Source: Asterias rubens
Lineage: Eukaryota
Length of the DNA stretch: 64,000 nucleotides
Assembly (NCBI RefSeq): GCF_902459465.1
Contig: NC_047081.1
Span: 310,001 to 374,000, forward strand
Reading direction: 5' to 3'
The notes under the pieces: generated by a model
What the model saw: the letters and a program-made list of their open reading frames with translations, nothing else
What the model was told of the DNA's origin: nothing
Databases searched by the model: none
Program-made: the position numbers and the translations under genes
Shown: piece after piece, positions 1-18,856 of the stretch
Layout: each line of letters begins with the position of its first letter
Position numbering within the stretch: the first letter of the stretch is position 1

Positions 1-798
1 CTGGTCTTGTGAGGAAGTGCCTGGTTTATGCATGAACTCTCACATTCCTCAATGAACATGATCAACCTGTACATGTGTGTACACACATTCTACATGAGAT
101 TTTGCATTAATCTTGGTGTCGTTAAAAACTTTGAATTTTCTTTTTAAAGAAACACAGTTCAGTCATCCCAGTGGTGCATAGGCAATTTGGGACAGAAAAC
201 AAAACTTGAAACTCAAAACAAATCTCAAAATTCAAACATTGAACTTTAATCTCAAAAAATAAACTACACAATTTAAACTCAAATTAAATAAACATTCCAT
301 ATACATAAAGTGCTCTTTTAGATTGAAAAGTACTCTTATTTTCGGCCTTTTCTCCCAATAAATGTTGTTGTTATTATTAATGAAAAGTGGAGTGCACCAT
401 TAAAGCCAGATTCACAAGGGACCCTCAGAATCTGTTTATCAAAATGGATTCTGCCTTCAGGTCTCTGGTTAATATGAGACATGCAGGATTTAAAAGGATT
501 TCCATAAATAGCATTGATATCTTTCGCTTCAACACCAACAGCAACATGTTTTTACAGAGTCACACAGTTTTTTTTTCAAATCAGGAAAAAGGTCTCGGCG
601 GTCATACTTGGAAAATTCCCTGAAGATTTGGATTTGCTTTTTAAAATTTGGTTTCGCTATATTTATACAACTTTTTTTTTCTTGCTCTCAATTTAAACAG
701 TACAAATAAAGTGTCAAGAGTAAACAAATAATGCGTCACTCAAATATGCTATTTGCTAGGTCCGATTTGTGGTCGATCTGACGTCAAATTTTGGGTTA

Positions 799-6543
<5,745 letters not shown>

Positions 6544-7297
6544 TTTGGCTCACGAACAACAACCCAGCAAATTTACTAATTAAAATAAAACAAAATCTAA
6601 CACCACTTTCCTAATGCATTATAAAATATACAGCTACCCTAGATGTACATTTTGCACAGACTGGACGAATTGGTGAGAAACAGCAGCTGAAAAACTAGTT
6701 TTGCTGACGGAATTCGTGGCTATTTATGACAGAGAAATATCCTCGCTCTGTTCCACATCACGAACTACACAACACCTATTTTTATCATAAAAAAATAAAC
6801 TGGTTACTGCTGGATCCGTGTTGAAATGACACCACAGTGCGGGTTACCAGTCGTGGTGGATGAGTCATCAAGCGCAGTACCCTGCACGTTTTAATAGGCC
6901 CTTTTCGAAACTTCGGTTTCGGCGGCTTAGGCTCTCGAAGCCTTGTCGCATCAAACCCGCCATTTCCGATATAAAAGACAAAGCCTAAGTTAGAGCCCAT
7001 GTTAAAATTTTAACTTCGAAAAGGGCCACGGACGAGATGGTGTCTGGTTTCAGCCGCTTCCCTCACTGTATATAAATCATAAGGCCGTGTCCGAAACGAC
7101 GACTTCGGCTACAGCTACGTCTAGATCAGCGCGTCTACCAGTGTTGAAGAATAGGCAGACGCGCGCGATCTAGCCGTAGCTGTAGCCGAAGTCGCCGTTT
7201 CGGACACGGCCTTAGATTTATTTATGTTTACCATACCAAACATTAGTGACCCACTTTCTTGACCTATGACCTCAGCTTGAACACCACCGCGCAAAAA
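6544..7297. promoter_or_regulatory. Bidirectional promoter / 5' UTR region of AAK1-like and ASH2L
   Basis: The two start codons face outward with 754 bp between them, and the DNA is CpG-enriched. It includes TGACCT-A-TGACCT (DR1-type) at 7260-7272. Confidence 0.7.
7080..7214. mobile_element. 135-bp fold-back MITE in the AAK1/ASH2L promoter
   Basis: Arms of about 57 bp (TAAGGCCGTGTCCGAAAC...GTTTCGGACACGGCCTTA) with few mismatches around a loop of about 20 nt. Confidence 0.8.
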
Positions 7298-10200
7298 ATG
7301 GCAGATGTCGACAGCAAAGAAAGGTTTTTATTCTAGTTTTCATTTTCTGATTAAACGATCTTATTTAATATCCTCCTTTTATAAATGTCTATGTGTTAGC
7401 TTCAATTTGATGTTAAACTTATGGGCCTGGAGGACTGATTTGTGTAACAAAGATAGAGCTCAATTTGTATTTATCGGAGCATAACAAAACACAATGCATT
7501 TTGTGCTGCACCAGTTTCGTGATATTTTGGGGGAAATTGTTTTTAGCCGGTATTTTATAAAATAATATTAATTTGGATTACACTAGTAATTAATAATGCA
7601 ATTAAGTCATTAAGATAATTCCTTCTCCCTTAAAATGGAGAAGGTACAACAAGCTTATTTTATTTTTAATACACAGCCTATAATTAGTATTATTCCCGGC
7701 TTTTAACAATAACGAATAACATGATATTGATATTAATAAAAAAAAGTGTAGGCTTACCTCCACAGAACATACTATTCAGAATTGAGTACACAATCATTGA
7801 ATGAATCATTCACAAATAACAATTTTACTGATCGAAACATCAAGTTGAAACTAACGGTTCTTTTCAGAACCATCCCAACTCATTTAGTAGAGATTAGATT
7901 AGTCATTACATGGTGATACTGCTAACTTTTCAGTATCATGGTATTTCCACTGCAAAGTTTCAAAATCCTAATTATTCTTATTGTTGAAAATGTATGTTTT
8001 CTTCATTTCAGTTCTGCAACAGAAGTGGAGGAGGAGGTTGCCATGGAAACCTGCGTGACAGATAGCTTTGATGTTGCTGAATCACAGGAGGTTGAAATGC
8101 AGGAAACTGTGAGTCCCTCTGACAAGGATCTTTCAGCACCCCCCTCTGATGACGATGGAACAACCACTGATAACAAGGAGAACCTCTCTGTAGACAGCAG
8201 TTCCACTAATGGAGAAGGGGGGAAACCTAAGGACATTCTAGGCAGAAAGGGAGACTGCTACTGGTATGAATAAAGTTGATAAAGTTCAGACGATTTATGT
8301 GGAATAAAACCTGAACTTACATCAGTTAAGGCAAACTCTAGAAATGGAAACAGAAAGCAGTTTCTCTAAATGTTTGGAAACGTCTACTACAGTGTAAAAC
8401 TGAGCTCAGTATATCACACAAGGCCTTCTGGAAATGTTTCTGATTTTAGAGTTTGCCCTGACTGACTTAGAAGGCCATTCATGGCATCAATGCCCACTGG
8501 CATAAAACAAAATGTAAAAATAAAAAAATGTGTAAAATGACTCATTCTTATTGTGCTTATTTTTCTTTCGCAGTGGGAAACAGAGAGATCCAAACAATAT
8601 TGAGCTCCAGTGCAGCGTTTGCCTCAAGTGGTACCACAAACAATGCATCACGTGTAACGTTGGGTGAGTCAAACATCTGTCAACATCCATGAGCTTCACA
8701 TGCCCAGATATATGGGTCGTCTTTGCTAATCTTAAAATGCACCCCACCCTCTTTCTGGCTTTCCTTTCTTTTTCTTTTCAAGCTGGCGCTTTATAAATAC
8801 CCTGTGTGTTATTATTCTTACCATAAATGACTTTTGTTTTTGCAGAAACTGCATTCCCTACATGATGACGTATACATTCTGCTGCAAAGACTGCAATCCA
8901 ACAAAGTCAGAAGTTTACAGCCGGAGAATGGCAAGTAAGTATCAGCTACAAAAACAAACTTAGGAATTAAAAGAAGTAAAGTGGCTGATGATTTTCTTAA
9001 TAAGGTGATGTTTGCAGCATAGTGCTGGTTCTGAGAAGAATGGGTGGTTTTCGACTACCAGTTCTTCTCAAAAGAGAGATTTACACATGGAGCTACCGCA
9101 GTCTCACCTTATTATACTCCAACCATGCAAAATTGCAGATTCTACTGAAGATTTTTTTTGTTTGTCTTGTTAGATTTTAGCCAGCTGTGTCACATGGCGC
9201 TGGCCAACTTGACAGCTCAGAGTTTGCAGGAAGGAACCGATAAGTCGCTTTTCTCAAAAGAGAAAGATTTGATTCCTTTCATTAATCAGAATTGGGAAGC
9301 CCTGACTCCAATGCAGAGGAGGACGACCACGACCTGGCAAGCAACCATCGTTAAGGCTATGGTGAGAAGCTCTTTAACTCACATTATTTCAATCAGAATT
9401 TTCTTTTTTACTTAATATGTTGACATTTCATCAGTTGTGTTTGAAGCTTTGTATGAATTTTTGCACCGGTGGGGTCAGATGTGTCAGCTAATATTATTAG
9501 TACATGACAGACTAAGACTCGTTTGTGGATGAGTCAATTGGGAATTCCCTTGAGACAGTGGACTAGTCTATGTTGTAAAAAGTCCAGCGGGTAACTGACC
9601 TTGCCCTGGCTACGGTGCTAACTGGCCTTGTGACACACATTAAGGGTTCAAATTAGTTAGTTTATTTTTCTAACCAATCATGTCTGATATTTCTGTTTGA
9701 TTCAAACTCCAGACGAAGGACAGTGATATCTTTGTGTGTAAGGAGAAACCAGACAACGGCGGGGAAACTGAAGAAGAGTATCCACTCTTTGGTCTCGTTG
9801 ATCAGGTAAGAAGCAGTCCATCACCATGGAAACTAATGACAACAAAAGTTACATAATAGGGTTCACTCTGACATTTTGGTCTAACACAATTTCCCGACAG
9901 GACAGCATGACTAAATGATGTAGAACATACTTATTGAATATTTGCAACTGAGCGTGAAGTAAACACTGAATTTCTTGTTTTGATTTTCTCTTTTTCTCTT
10001 TCAGGATTTAGCTAAGATAAGCCCAAACTACGACCCATCGAAGCAGAGTACCAATGTCAAGGGTGACCTAAGTCAAAAGCTTAACTCATCACTCAGCTCA
10101 TCTCTGAATGGTAAGACAAGGGTTGCAATACAAAAATTAATGCAGTCCGTTATCGCTGTGTTTGGTTGTGGCTGGAAAGGGTCATGTAATATTAGTGTGT

Positions 10201-12967
10201 TATGTCATTGTTGCTTTTTTGTCTGATTCTACAGGAAGCAGCTTATCATCTTCTTTGGGGAAGAGCCGCGGAGCTAAGAGGAAAGGTCTGGATAGCAGTC
10301 AAAATATCACCTCAGGGAAAAAGACAAGAAAGTGAGTACACAGAGAATTTCTTTTTTTTTTAAAGATTTCTTGCAATAGTTGGTGAACCAATGACTGATG
10401 AGCACTACAAGTTGACTATCTGCCAAATAACATGAAAGGCATGGCTTGGATTTGAACACACACACTCTGATGACTCAGTCATCAGAACTTGAACAAGTTA
10501 CACCATACCACTTTTCATTCAAAGTTCAAACCATTTGTTTCCAATTTGTCTACAGTGATATGATCACAGCCCAGAAGCTTCCTCCTCATGGCTACCCTCT
10601 TGAACATCCATTTAACAAAGACGGTTACCGTTACATCCTGACACAGCAAGACCCTCACGCTCCGAGCAGTGCCTTTGAAGAAGACATGTGGATCGGGAAG
10701 CCTATCCCAGCCTTGCTGTATCGTATGGCTCTCGGTCGAGAACCCTACCTAGCCTTACATGACAGAGGTGAGTAGTAAAAACTTTGCATAACATCATCTC
10801 TGACACTCACTCACTCACTCAGGTTTGGGTTACAAACTGGGGGATTTCTTTGATTTTAAATTCAACTATTTTTGTTTTACTGTTTTTAGCTCCTCAGTTG
10901 AAGATATCGGAGAACCGTTTATCAGTCACAGGAGAGAAAGGTTACTCCATGGTTCGAGCAACGCATGGAACCAACCGCGGTTCTTGGTTCTTTGAGATAA
11001 CAGTCGAGGACATGCCTGAGGGAACCGCTACCAGGATCGGATGGTCACAACCATTAGGTAAAGAGAACAAGTTCCCAAAACTCTACAAAAAACTGTACTA
11101 GTTTTACCAGATTGTAAAGGTCCCATGAATTTGAAAGTTTCATAGACACAAGCTGTGCAAGCAAGTGATGCAACACATGAGACTTACGGCTTTACGTCCC
11201 TTCAGAAGGACGCAGCAATAATAGTTTAGTATCTTGCTTAAGTGTTACGACCGCGACTTGAACCCTACATCTGCTGATCAACAGAAACACCACAGCTCTT
11301 ATCCGCTCGATCACGACATGCAATAATAAATGTTGATGTTTTGTTTTCTTTTTCTAAGGTAACCTGCAAGCTCCATTAGGATATGACAAATTCAGCTACT
11401 CATGGCGGAGCAGGAAGGGAACCCGTTTTCATCAGAGTATAGGCAAGCATTATGGAGAAGGGTACAAGACGGGAGATGTATTAGGATTGTACATTAAGCT
11501 ACCTAGTCAGGTTCCCCCGGATCAACTCCTTCCATTAACATACAAAGACAGGGTAAGCAACGAATAAACAAATTAAAAATAAAAGTACTCAAGAGTACAA
11601 AGGTCTAGTATTTTAAAATGGAGCATTATATTCAGAATAGATGGATTACACATGGCGTCATTGACCGCTATCATTGATGACAAAAAATTTGAAAATTGCA
11701 TGCTTGTAGGCGATGCGCACGACACTCAGCCAATGATAGCCTTTTGCTCATGCACAACTCATCAAGGATGGCAGCCAATGCAAGGGATCTATGCCATACA
11801 TCATAGTAAATGTCGATATTATGTGGAAGGGATTTGGCTGATTCTATTCTTTATTCCACTCCAGGCCCTGATCAAATTTAAGAGTCATCTATACTTTGAG
11901 GAGAAGGATCTTGTACAAGAGACGGAGAACGCCTTAACACCCTGTAAAGGAACAAAGGTATACAAAGCTTAAACCTCAAGACAACTCCACAAGACATCGT
12001 TCTTGTAGTTCAACATATCACTGGACTAGGATAATAATTTTACAAGATAGTTGAACCATTCTCTTTTAAACTTGTAGAGGTGTGGACTTGACAAGCTAAA
12101 GTACTTATTTGTCAATATGTAAAAATATCTGCAGGCCATGGCTTCTGTTGCCTAAGTCTTGAAGTGCTCTTTACAAAATGAAAACAGTCTTCCCTCTCAA
12201 AGATGAAATTTCTAGCCTTTATGTGTTGGGAAACAAAATTAGCAGTTTTGTCCTCTTGTTAGGTTGCTGGTAAATTGTTTGTTTTCTAGTACTCAACACA
12301 CAGTGTTTCTTTCAGGTTTAGACCACAACTGAAAAGGCATTTTTCAGATCACATTTTTGAAATTGTGTTATTTAAAAATAAAATTACTATCATGACAACT
12401 GTTTTTACACGTACACAGATTGCATTTTACAAAAACGGAGAGAGCCAGGGTGTAGCTTTTGAGGACATATTTGAAGGAACGTACTACCCAGCAATATCAT
12501 TACATAAGTCATGCACGGTGAGTTATTTTAGTTATGATTTTCAAGATAGGGTTAATGTATCTTACAACTGTCTTTGATGTTAGGTTGTGTTGTCCCCAGA
12601 TCTCCCTGTCCCTCCCTGTCAAAAAAACAGTGTATAAGTAAGGTGACCTCTACCTCATTGGGCTTGACCTTGCTTGGGCTCCCAGAGGACAAGCTTGCTT
12701 GGTTGAAGCTCAGGGTGGCTATAGTAGTGCCCTGCAACTTTTGTTTTACTGTAATAAACTATTCTTGATTTTCCTTCAACTTAGGTGTCGATCAACTTTG
12801 GTCCGAACTTCAAGCATCCGCCCAAAGACATTGATGATTTCTTGCCAGTGAGTGAGTTAGCCCACCGTGCTATGGTGGAGCAATCTCTAGCTAACCTTGT
12901 GTATCACGTACAACATGAACAAGATTTCATTGATGCCAGTAAAGGATTGCTGCCACAGTCTTGTTGA
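7298..12967 (+). CDS. ASH2L: Set1/COMPASS core subunit ASH2-like, 14 coding exons, 629 aa
   Basis: Exons: 7298-7323, 8012-8263, 8574-8663, 8846-8934, 9174-9361, 9713-9805, 10005-10110, 10235-10331, 10556-10767, 10890-11057, 11359-11552, 11865-11957, 12419-12517, 12785-12967. All introns are GT-AG and the total is 1890 nt in one frame. Domains: atypical PHD ([24 protein letters not shown]), winged helix, [19 protein letters not shown] ([21 protein letters not shown]; [15 protein letters not shown]) and a C-terminal DPY30-binding helix. Confidence 0.97.
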
Positions 12968-13762
12968 ATTGAAATCCGTGCTTCTCGCAACCTCTTGGCA
13001 GACAGGACTTACTTCCCAATTACTACTTGTTTAGCCCAATGGTGTTTCATCCAAAATCTGGGCGATTCCAGCGCTGCCAAATTGAAAATGAAATGATCGT
13101 TCCATGTTCTGATGAGCAAGGAAACTTTGTCCTGATTATTTGGAATGTAATTCTAAACATCTCCCTGATTGCTGTACAAAATCTCCCTTATTGTAAGATA
13201 CAAATGTTGGCAGCTCTTCAATTTCGTGGACTGCAGGCAATCTTTGTAGATTCAGTTTGTCATTAAGGCCTACTTTTATTGATTTCTTATGAACGGGGGC
13301 ACTTCACTGGAAATGCTTTCACACTACCATTACCATCTGTATTACAGGTAGTGGCTTTTGGATAAAAAGTACACATTTTCTTATCAGGGTCAAGCCCCTA
13401 ACTTTAAGTCAGTTGCTTTAAGTACCCTTCTTTCTTCTTTCACACAATTGAAGTTCCAAAATACTTTTCTCAAGTTAAAGTTAAATTCAGGGGTTACTGC
13501 TATTAACTTGCAAAAATAAGATCAGTAACTTCATAGGAATAAATACACACCTTTGTAGAAACCTGATCATGGAATTAAGGTCTGATGTGTTCGCAAGGAT
13601 CTGATAAGAATTTTTGGGATGTTATTTTTGTTAAAGTAGCCATTTCACTACATAGGTCCTTCTAGGACAAAATCTACTTTGCGCAAAGAAAGTTGTCAAT
13701 ACCTTCAACATTTACTTTCTTAACATGGTACATGTATTTGTACTCAAACATTATGGAAACAC

Positions 13763-14047
13763 CAGGGTCCAATTTCATAGTGCTGCATAGCGGCCGATTT
13801 TGTGCTTACTGTGCAATTTCTATTTCATAGCGCTGCTAACCGTAAGCACACGAAAAGGCATGCTAACCTTCCGGTGCTTACGGCATAAAAATAAATGGCG
13901 TCACAATGCAAATCCACTGTAACCACGCAATATGGCCGACCAATTTTCCTGCTAACCTGTGAAATACGCTAAGGCTTAAGCAACTTTTTCTGCTACAGTA
14001 AGCACACAAATTTGCTTACCGTTAAGCAGCGCTATGAAGTTGAGCCC
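13763..14047. mobile_element. MITE of the GGGCCCAATTTCAT...ATGAAATTGGGCCC family, in the ASH2L 3' UTR
   Basis: TIR-like ends CAGGGTCCAATTTCATAG / CTATGAAGTTGAGCCC. Related copies lie at about 23773-23945, 25543-25715, 31409-31638, 45020-45168 and 59632-59817, with fragments near 4560-4700, 20890-21030 and 57119-57145. Confidence 0.75.
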
Positions 14048-14316
14048 ATGCCCCTTCTGTGTACTGTGTTTGTGATTATTGTTCCCGTTGGTACTTTGCT
14101 GTTTGTCGTTTGTCTTGTGTACTTCTTTGCTCAGTTTGAAACTTTAAAATGTTTAGTAGTTTACCAAAGTCAACTCTTTGTACTAAAAACTTGAGAAGGA
14201 AACTTCTGAATTGCAGGCAAGTTTGTTTAGCTCCTGCATTATTGACGTAACAATGAGGTGAAAGAAGCCATGTATATATCTATTTCTCCATAACTTTTGT
14301 ACATTTTTCAATTAAA

Positions 14317-14380
14317 AATAAAGAATCTTTTTCTGTAAACGAGAAAGACAGTATTTACAAAATGATTTGTGGTTTTTATT
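14317..14380. terminator. Facing poly(A) signals of ASH2L (+) and the coiled-coil gene (-)
   Basis: AATAAA on + at 14317-14322 and on - at 14375-14380, in U/GU-rich context between the two stop codons. Confidence 0.4.
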
Positions 14381-14600
14381 GAGCAATTGTTTTTTGGTTT
14401 AATTTTATTAGGACATTCTTTAATTTACTACATCTACTCCCAAAACTGACACAACAAATTGAAAAATTAAAAACAAAAAGGAAGTCAATTCTTAATGTAC
14501 TTTGGTCTGTACAAGACAAGTTCATGTGAGGTTTCTTTGAAAGTATTTACTGGATAATATTGGGATAATATCAAAGACCCACTTTATTAATTTTACAAAT

Positions 14601-16412
14601 TCAAGTTTCTTTGTGTTGTTTGTCGAGGCTGGAAAGTGCCGCAGGGGTTTTGCTCTTGAGCTCAGCAATTTCCCTCCCTCTGAATCTCACCTCCAGCTGA
14701 AGCTTACTCAAGTCATTGTGTAGTTTCTTGACGTCAGTCACCGCTTTCTTCAGCTCCACTTGAAGCTGATTATGAAAAGCCGTCTTTAACTGTCTGACAC
14801 TCACATTGCAATGATCCACACTCTGTGAGAGGCTGTCAATTTTCTTGATGTTGTTAGTCTTGGCGTCATTGAGATGGTTCTCATGTCTTGCCACCATCTT
14901 ACTGATGTAGACGATGAGTTGATCAAACTTCTTTTGTTCCGTCTTGAGTGAGGTTATAGCGGCTTGATTGTCACGGCTGAGGTTTCTGGATTCTTTCAGA
15001 GCTGCAATTATTGACGCTCTTCCTTGAGAGAGTTTGAGGACCTCAAAAGAGGTGTCTAAGAATTCTTCCTTCATGAACTGAATGTGTCCTTTGAGCTTTT
15101 GTATGTCCACTGAAACATCTCGGACAGTCTGTGCCATTGTTGGGTCTGCAAAGACCTGCGGAAGTCATGTTAAATATCAACTTGCAGAATAGTTTAATGA
15201 GTATGCTGGCCAAACAAAAGAGTGTTTCTTTAGTTATGGCACGGCATTTAACAGTTGTATGGTGTCTGATTGGAACTCCTAAAACAAATATATTGACCAA
15301 ATTAGGAGGCTGCAAACAGAGGGATATTGTAGCTCAGTTGGTACGTTAGTCCGGAGGTCTTTTGTTCAAATCCTGCTCAAGTAAATTCTAACCACCTGCA
15401 GCATAATTACGATATTACTCGGTATCTCTCATTACTTTTAGGAAACAAGTCACAGCTGTCACTTTAATAAAATAATTCAGAATGCTAATCTTGCTATTAA
15501 AGGAAACTGAATTGCAAAAGATGCGGCTGTAACGTGTTTAAGCAACAGGCAAGCGAGGGCGCCTTTGACAGCCTTGGTGCGACTCATGACCCTGGAGCAC
15601 ATCCTATCCACATAGCAAAATTGTTCGATTTTTTTCCGAAGGGGGAAAAAACAGAGGGATTAAAAAAACTGTTCTAAACGGCCTTGAATGGGAATTGAAC
15701 CAGAGCCACACTGGTGTAAGACGAGTGTTTCACACACTAGAAACCCATGCTACCAAAAATGTTCATGAAAACATGGTTAAGTACTGAAGATAAGCTCTCT
15801 ATTGTCAAGAAAATAAAATGTATACATCGAGGGAACTTCTCTTTATTAACTTCACCGCCACTGAGTGAGCATTCGTCTCAACGTTTGAATTATAGCCTGC
15901 TCTAGTCATCGTACAGGAGATTTACAATAACACACAAAACAAAACACAACACACCAAAAGTAGTGACCAATATTTCGTATATTAGTTGTTATCAACAATA
16001 ATATGAAAAAGTGGGAGTAACTTACTTGAACGTTTGCTGGACTAAACACCATGGGTTTCTGGTCATCATGTCCGGGCAAGATACTTGTCGGTTGGTCTGT
16101 TTTCGGTGGGTCACCCGGCGGCAGTCTTCCCGTGGTCTTGTCGCCATCTTTCTTCAACAGCCCATGGGTCGTGCAGAGCCGTCGTTCGGTAGGTGAACCC
16201 CGACGCCGACACGGTAAACCCCGGACTTGAAGCAAGCTTTGATACTTTCGAGTTGTTGACAATAATCTCGAGCTAAAACCATGTCCATTTGTAACGTTTT
16301 CATGTCCAGTGGAAAGGGTGAATATTGGCTTGTACCTTGCGTGACGAAAACCACAATCCCATGCAGTTGTGAACTTGTTGACTACTGCAGCAGCTGCTCG
16401 TGAACAAAACAT
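14601..16412 (-). CDS. Uncharacterised two-exon coiled-coil protein, 313 aa, with a putative mitochondrial presequence
   Basis: Exon 1 is 16412-16026 (ATG TTT TGT...AAC GTT CAA, donor GTAAGT, phase 0). Exon 2 is 15155-14601 (acceptor cttccgcag, VFADPTMAQTVRDV...KQHKET*). The 942 nt join is in frame. Both exons are long open frames in AT-rich DNA, and exon 2 has heptad-like periodicity. I recognise no family. Confidence 0.72.
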
Positions 16413-16723
16413 GGCGACGAAACTTGTGGCCAACCAGCAACACCTGCGCCTACATTCCTTGAGTGGTTCTCTATTGTTATGCAAATTAAGTTGAAAGGCA
16501 AATCGCTGAATGGGCCATTTTGTAATACGATTTCCAAACTCGGCTTCTCTTTGAGTCAACTTTACTTTATCATTTCAACTCCTTTTATGAAAATGAGAGT
16601 TTTATTGCCTTGTTTTTATTTCGCAGTAGTATTTTTGTTGTTGAAACAAACAAAAACCGTCACAAACGTATCTAACGGATGATGACAAAAGTTCACAATG
16701 CAAAAGACAAGGAGCTTTGCATT

Positions 16724-16733
16724 GTGACGTCAC
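16724..16733. promoter_or_regulatory. Palindromic CRE (GTGACGTCAC) upstream of the coiled-coil gene
   Basis: Exact CRE within the longer palindrome TTGTGACGTCACAA, about 310 bp upstream of ATG 16412. Confidence 0.4.
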
Positions 16734-18835
16734 AAAAAGAAGAAGTGCAATTTAAAAGAAAACTGGACGCACGCATTTTGCAGCGCGTTTCTGTTTCTAT
16801 AAACGCGTCAGATGGAATGTTTTCTTGACTTCACAGTTGTGATGTTTTTTTCTAAATCATTTGTGACGTTTTATCAGCGCCTAAATAAATTAGAACATTT
16901 CGTGTTGCCTACAGTCACTGCAAAAATCACAACAAATGCGGGAGGAAGTTCAAGAAAGTAAGACGTTCGTCCCTGTGAGTATCGCAAAATTCTTCTGAAA
17001 TGACCCTTTCTGTTATCTTTTTACAGTATTATAATTCCATGATTACGTCAGTTGATGTGCAACAGTAGGTGCTACTTTTTTTCAAAAAGGTTGGCTTTCA
17101 AAATGTCAGTTAAATTGAGGTAAAATAAAAGCACGTTGCCGATATCTTGTGTATGCGACGCATTGCCTTTGCCAGTTTGTGTAACTGAATTTTAAAAATG
17201 TAACTGCAGACAAATGACTTTTATACAATGGAAATTTCTAAGCTTTAAACTACCAACCAGAACATGCCACTCTCTCAGAATCAACTTTACTCGGCGAGGG
17301 AACTTTGGAAACGGTGATATGTTTTTATACATTTGTGTTGATAACATAACTTTGTTTGAACGTCGGTATAGCATAAATTGATTTTTAAGAAAGGTTTCAC
17401 AAATATCTCAGAGATTGGAGGCAAACAGTGATGGTTGAGAAACACAAGTACAAACCAGCTGGTCCTCAGTAAGGTAAGTGAACTTTTTACCATTCTTAAT
17501 CAGTTGAATTGAATCTCTGTTTATAAAAAGAGTGGCCTTGTGCATTCCAGGGCATTTCCTTGCAGGCAAGATACTAAATTTATCAGCGGGAAATATTACA
17601 TTCATTTCCACATCTCAAAGAGTTAACACAAATCAGACAGTGCAATCTCCATAAAATAATAAGATTAATTGTTTTCTTCCTTTTAACTGTGTATAAGTCA
17701 TGCGTGCAGGAAGTCTAGCCTGTGTGGCTATTTTGTTAATATTGTGATGTATTGTGATGTCACAGGTCACATGGTCTATACTTTTGTACAATTAGTAAGT
17801 TATTTTCTTTTTTTCTTTTGTCATTTGGTAAAATAATTTTGAACATCACACAAACAACAACAATCAATCACTAAATTTCTTTAAATCAAAATGCCCCAAA
17901 CAGGGGTAGTATTATTTTGTCTCTGAAGGTGGAGATTACCACTCACTACTCAAAAACTTTATTTCAATTATTATAGACTATAAAATATACATCATAATAC
18001 AGCATTTACAAAGTTTCTTTATTGTCTTAATAAGTGTTTTAGCAAAGGCCTGATTATAACACATTGGAAAACCATGCTTAGCAGAGCAATTGTTACCAGC
18101 TTAATTGCCATGTAACGTACACTACTTATGACTGGTTTCCTGCTGATCTTTACTTAGCAGCAATTTTCGTTTTAGTATTAAGCAATAACTTTTGTGTGAA
18201 TGAAGTGTGAATACATTTTCGGGACAAAATGTACTTGGCAAAAATGTTTAAGCGACAGCAAAATACTCGTTGAGTTCAAATTACTATGAAAAATGAATGA
18301 ACTGCAATAGCCTTCAGTGCTTCTTTCTGTATCAACTAAATTTTCCTTTTGTATTTACTTCACATCTCTATTAACTTTTACTTCTCTGTTGTTTTCTTCT
18401 CAAAGCGCATAGGGACTTTTCTGTGATTGTGATATGCGCTCTACAAAAATGGTTCATTATTATTAGTCCTAACTCTTTGTGAAATCGACCCCAGGTTTGT
18501 AGGTGTTTTTATATGAAGCCAAACAAAGTTGTGTAAAAAACAATATTAAATACATAGCAAATATTTTTTTGAGAGAATCTTCTAAATCAATAAACTTAAA
18601 ATCTAAAGCAAAATACCCTTCTTTCCCATTCACATAAAAAAACTATAGCAGCTGCAGAAACAGATATGTTGTATAAAATATCTGTAAAAGTGACAAGGAC
18701 CAAAATAAATAAATCAGTCCAAACAACTCTGTCTAACTACAGGATTTCTACTAGGCCATTGGGTCTCACCTCTGCAACCAAAGATCTGTGACATGAAGTT
18801 TGTAGGCTTTTGTGGCCCAAAATGTTGCACAATAT

Positions 18836-18856
18836 TTACGCTGGAATGTTTTTTTT
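18836..18856 (-). CDS. Candidate terminal exon of FAM149 (KKNIPA*)
   Basis: The acceptor gtttttaaacag is followed by AAA AAA AAC ATT CCA GCG TAA in phase 0, matching the phase-0 GTGAGT donor after 19859. No homology support. Confidence 0.3.
   Translation of the reverse strand, partial: KKNIPA

Noticed and set aside
529-619. Minus-strand segment EFSKYDRRDLFPDLKKKLCDSVKTCCCWC* after a cttcag acceptor
   Set aside because: It is out of phase with AAK1 exon 2 (the phase-0 join hits a stop), is not kinase subdomain sequence and has no partner exon.
8037-8050. Strong X-box-like match GTTGCCATGGAAAC
   Set aside because: It lies inside ASH2L coding exon 2 (VAMET codons) and is most simply explained by coding sequence.
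16413-16559. N-terminal extension of ORF 15906-16559
   Set aside because: It starts at TTG, and the first ATG is 16412. The part beyond the donor at 16025 is intron read-through.
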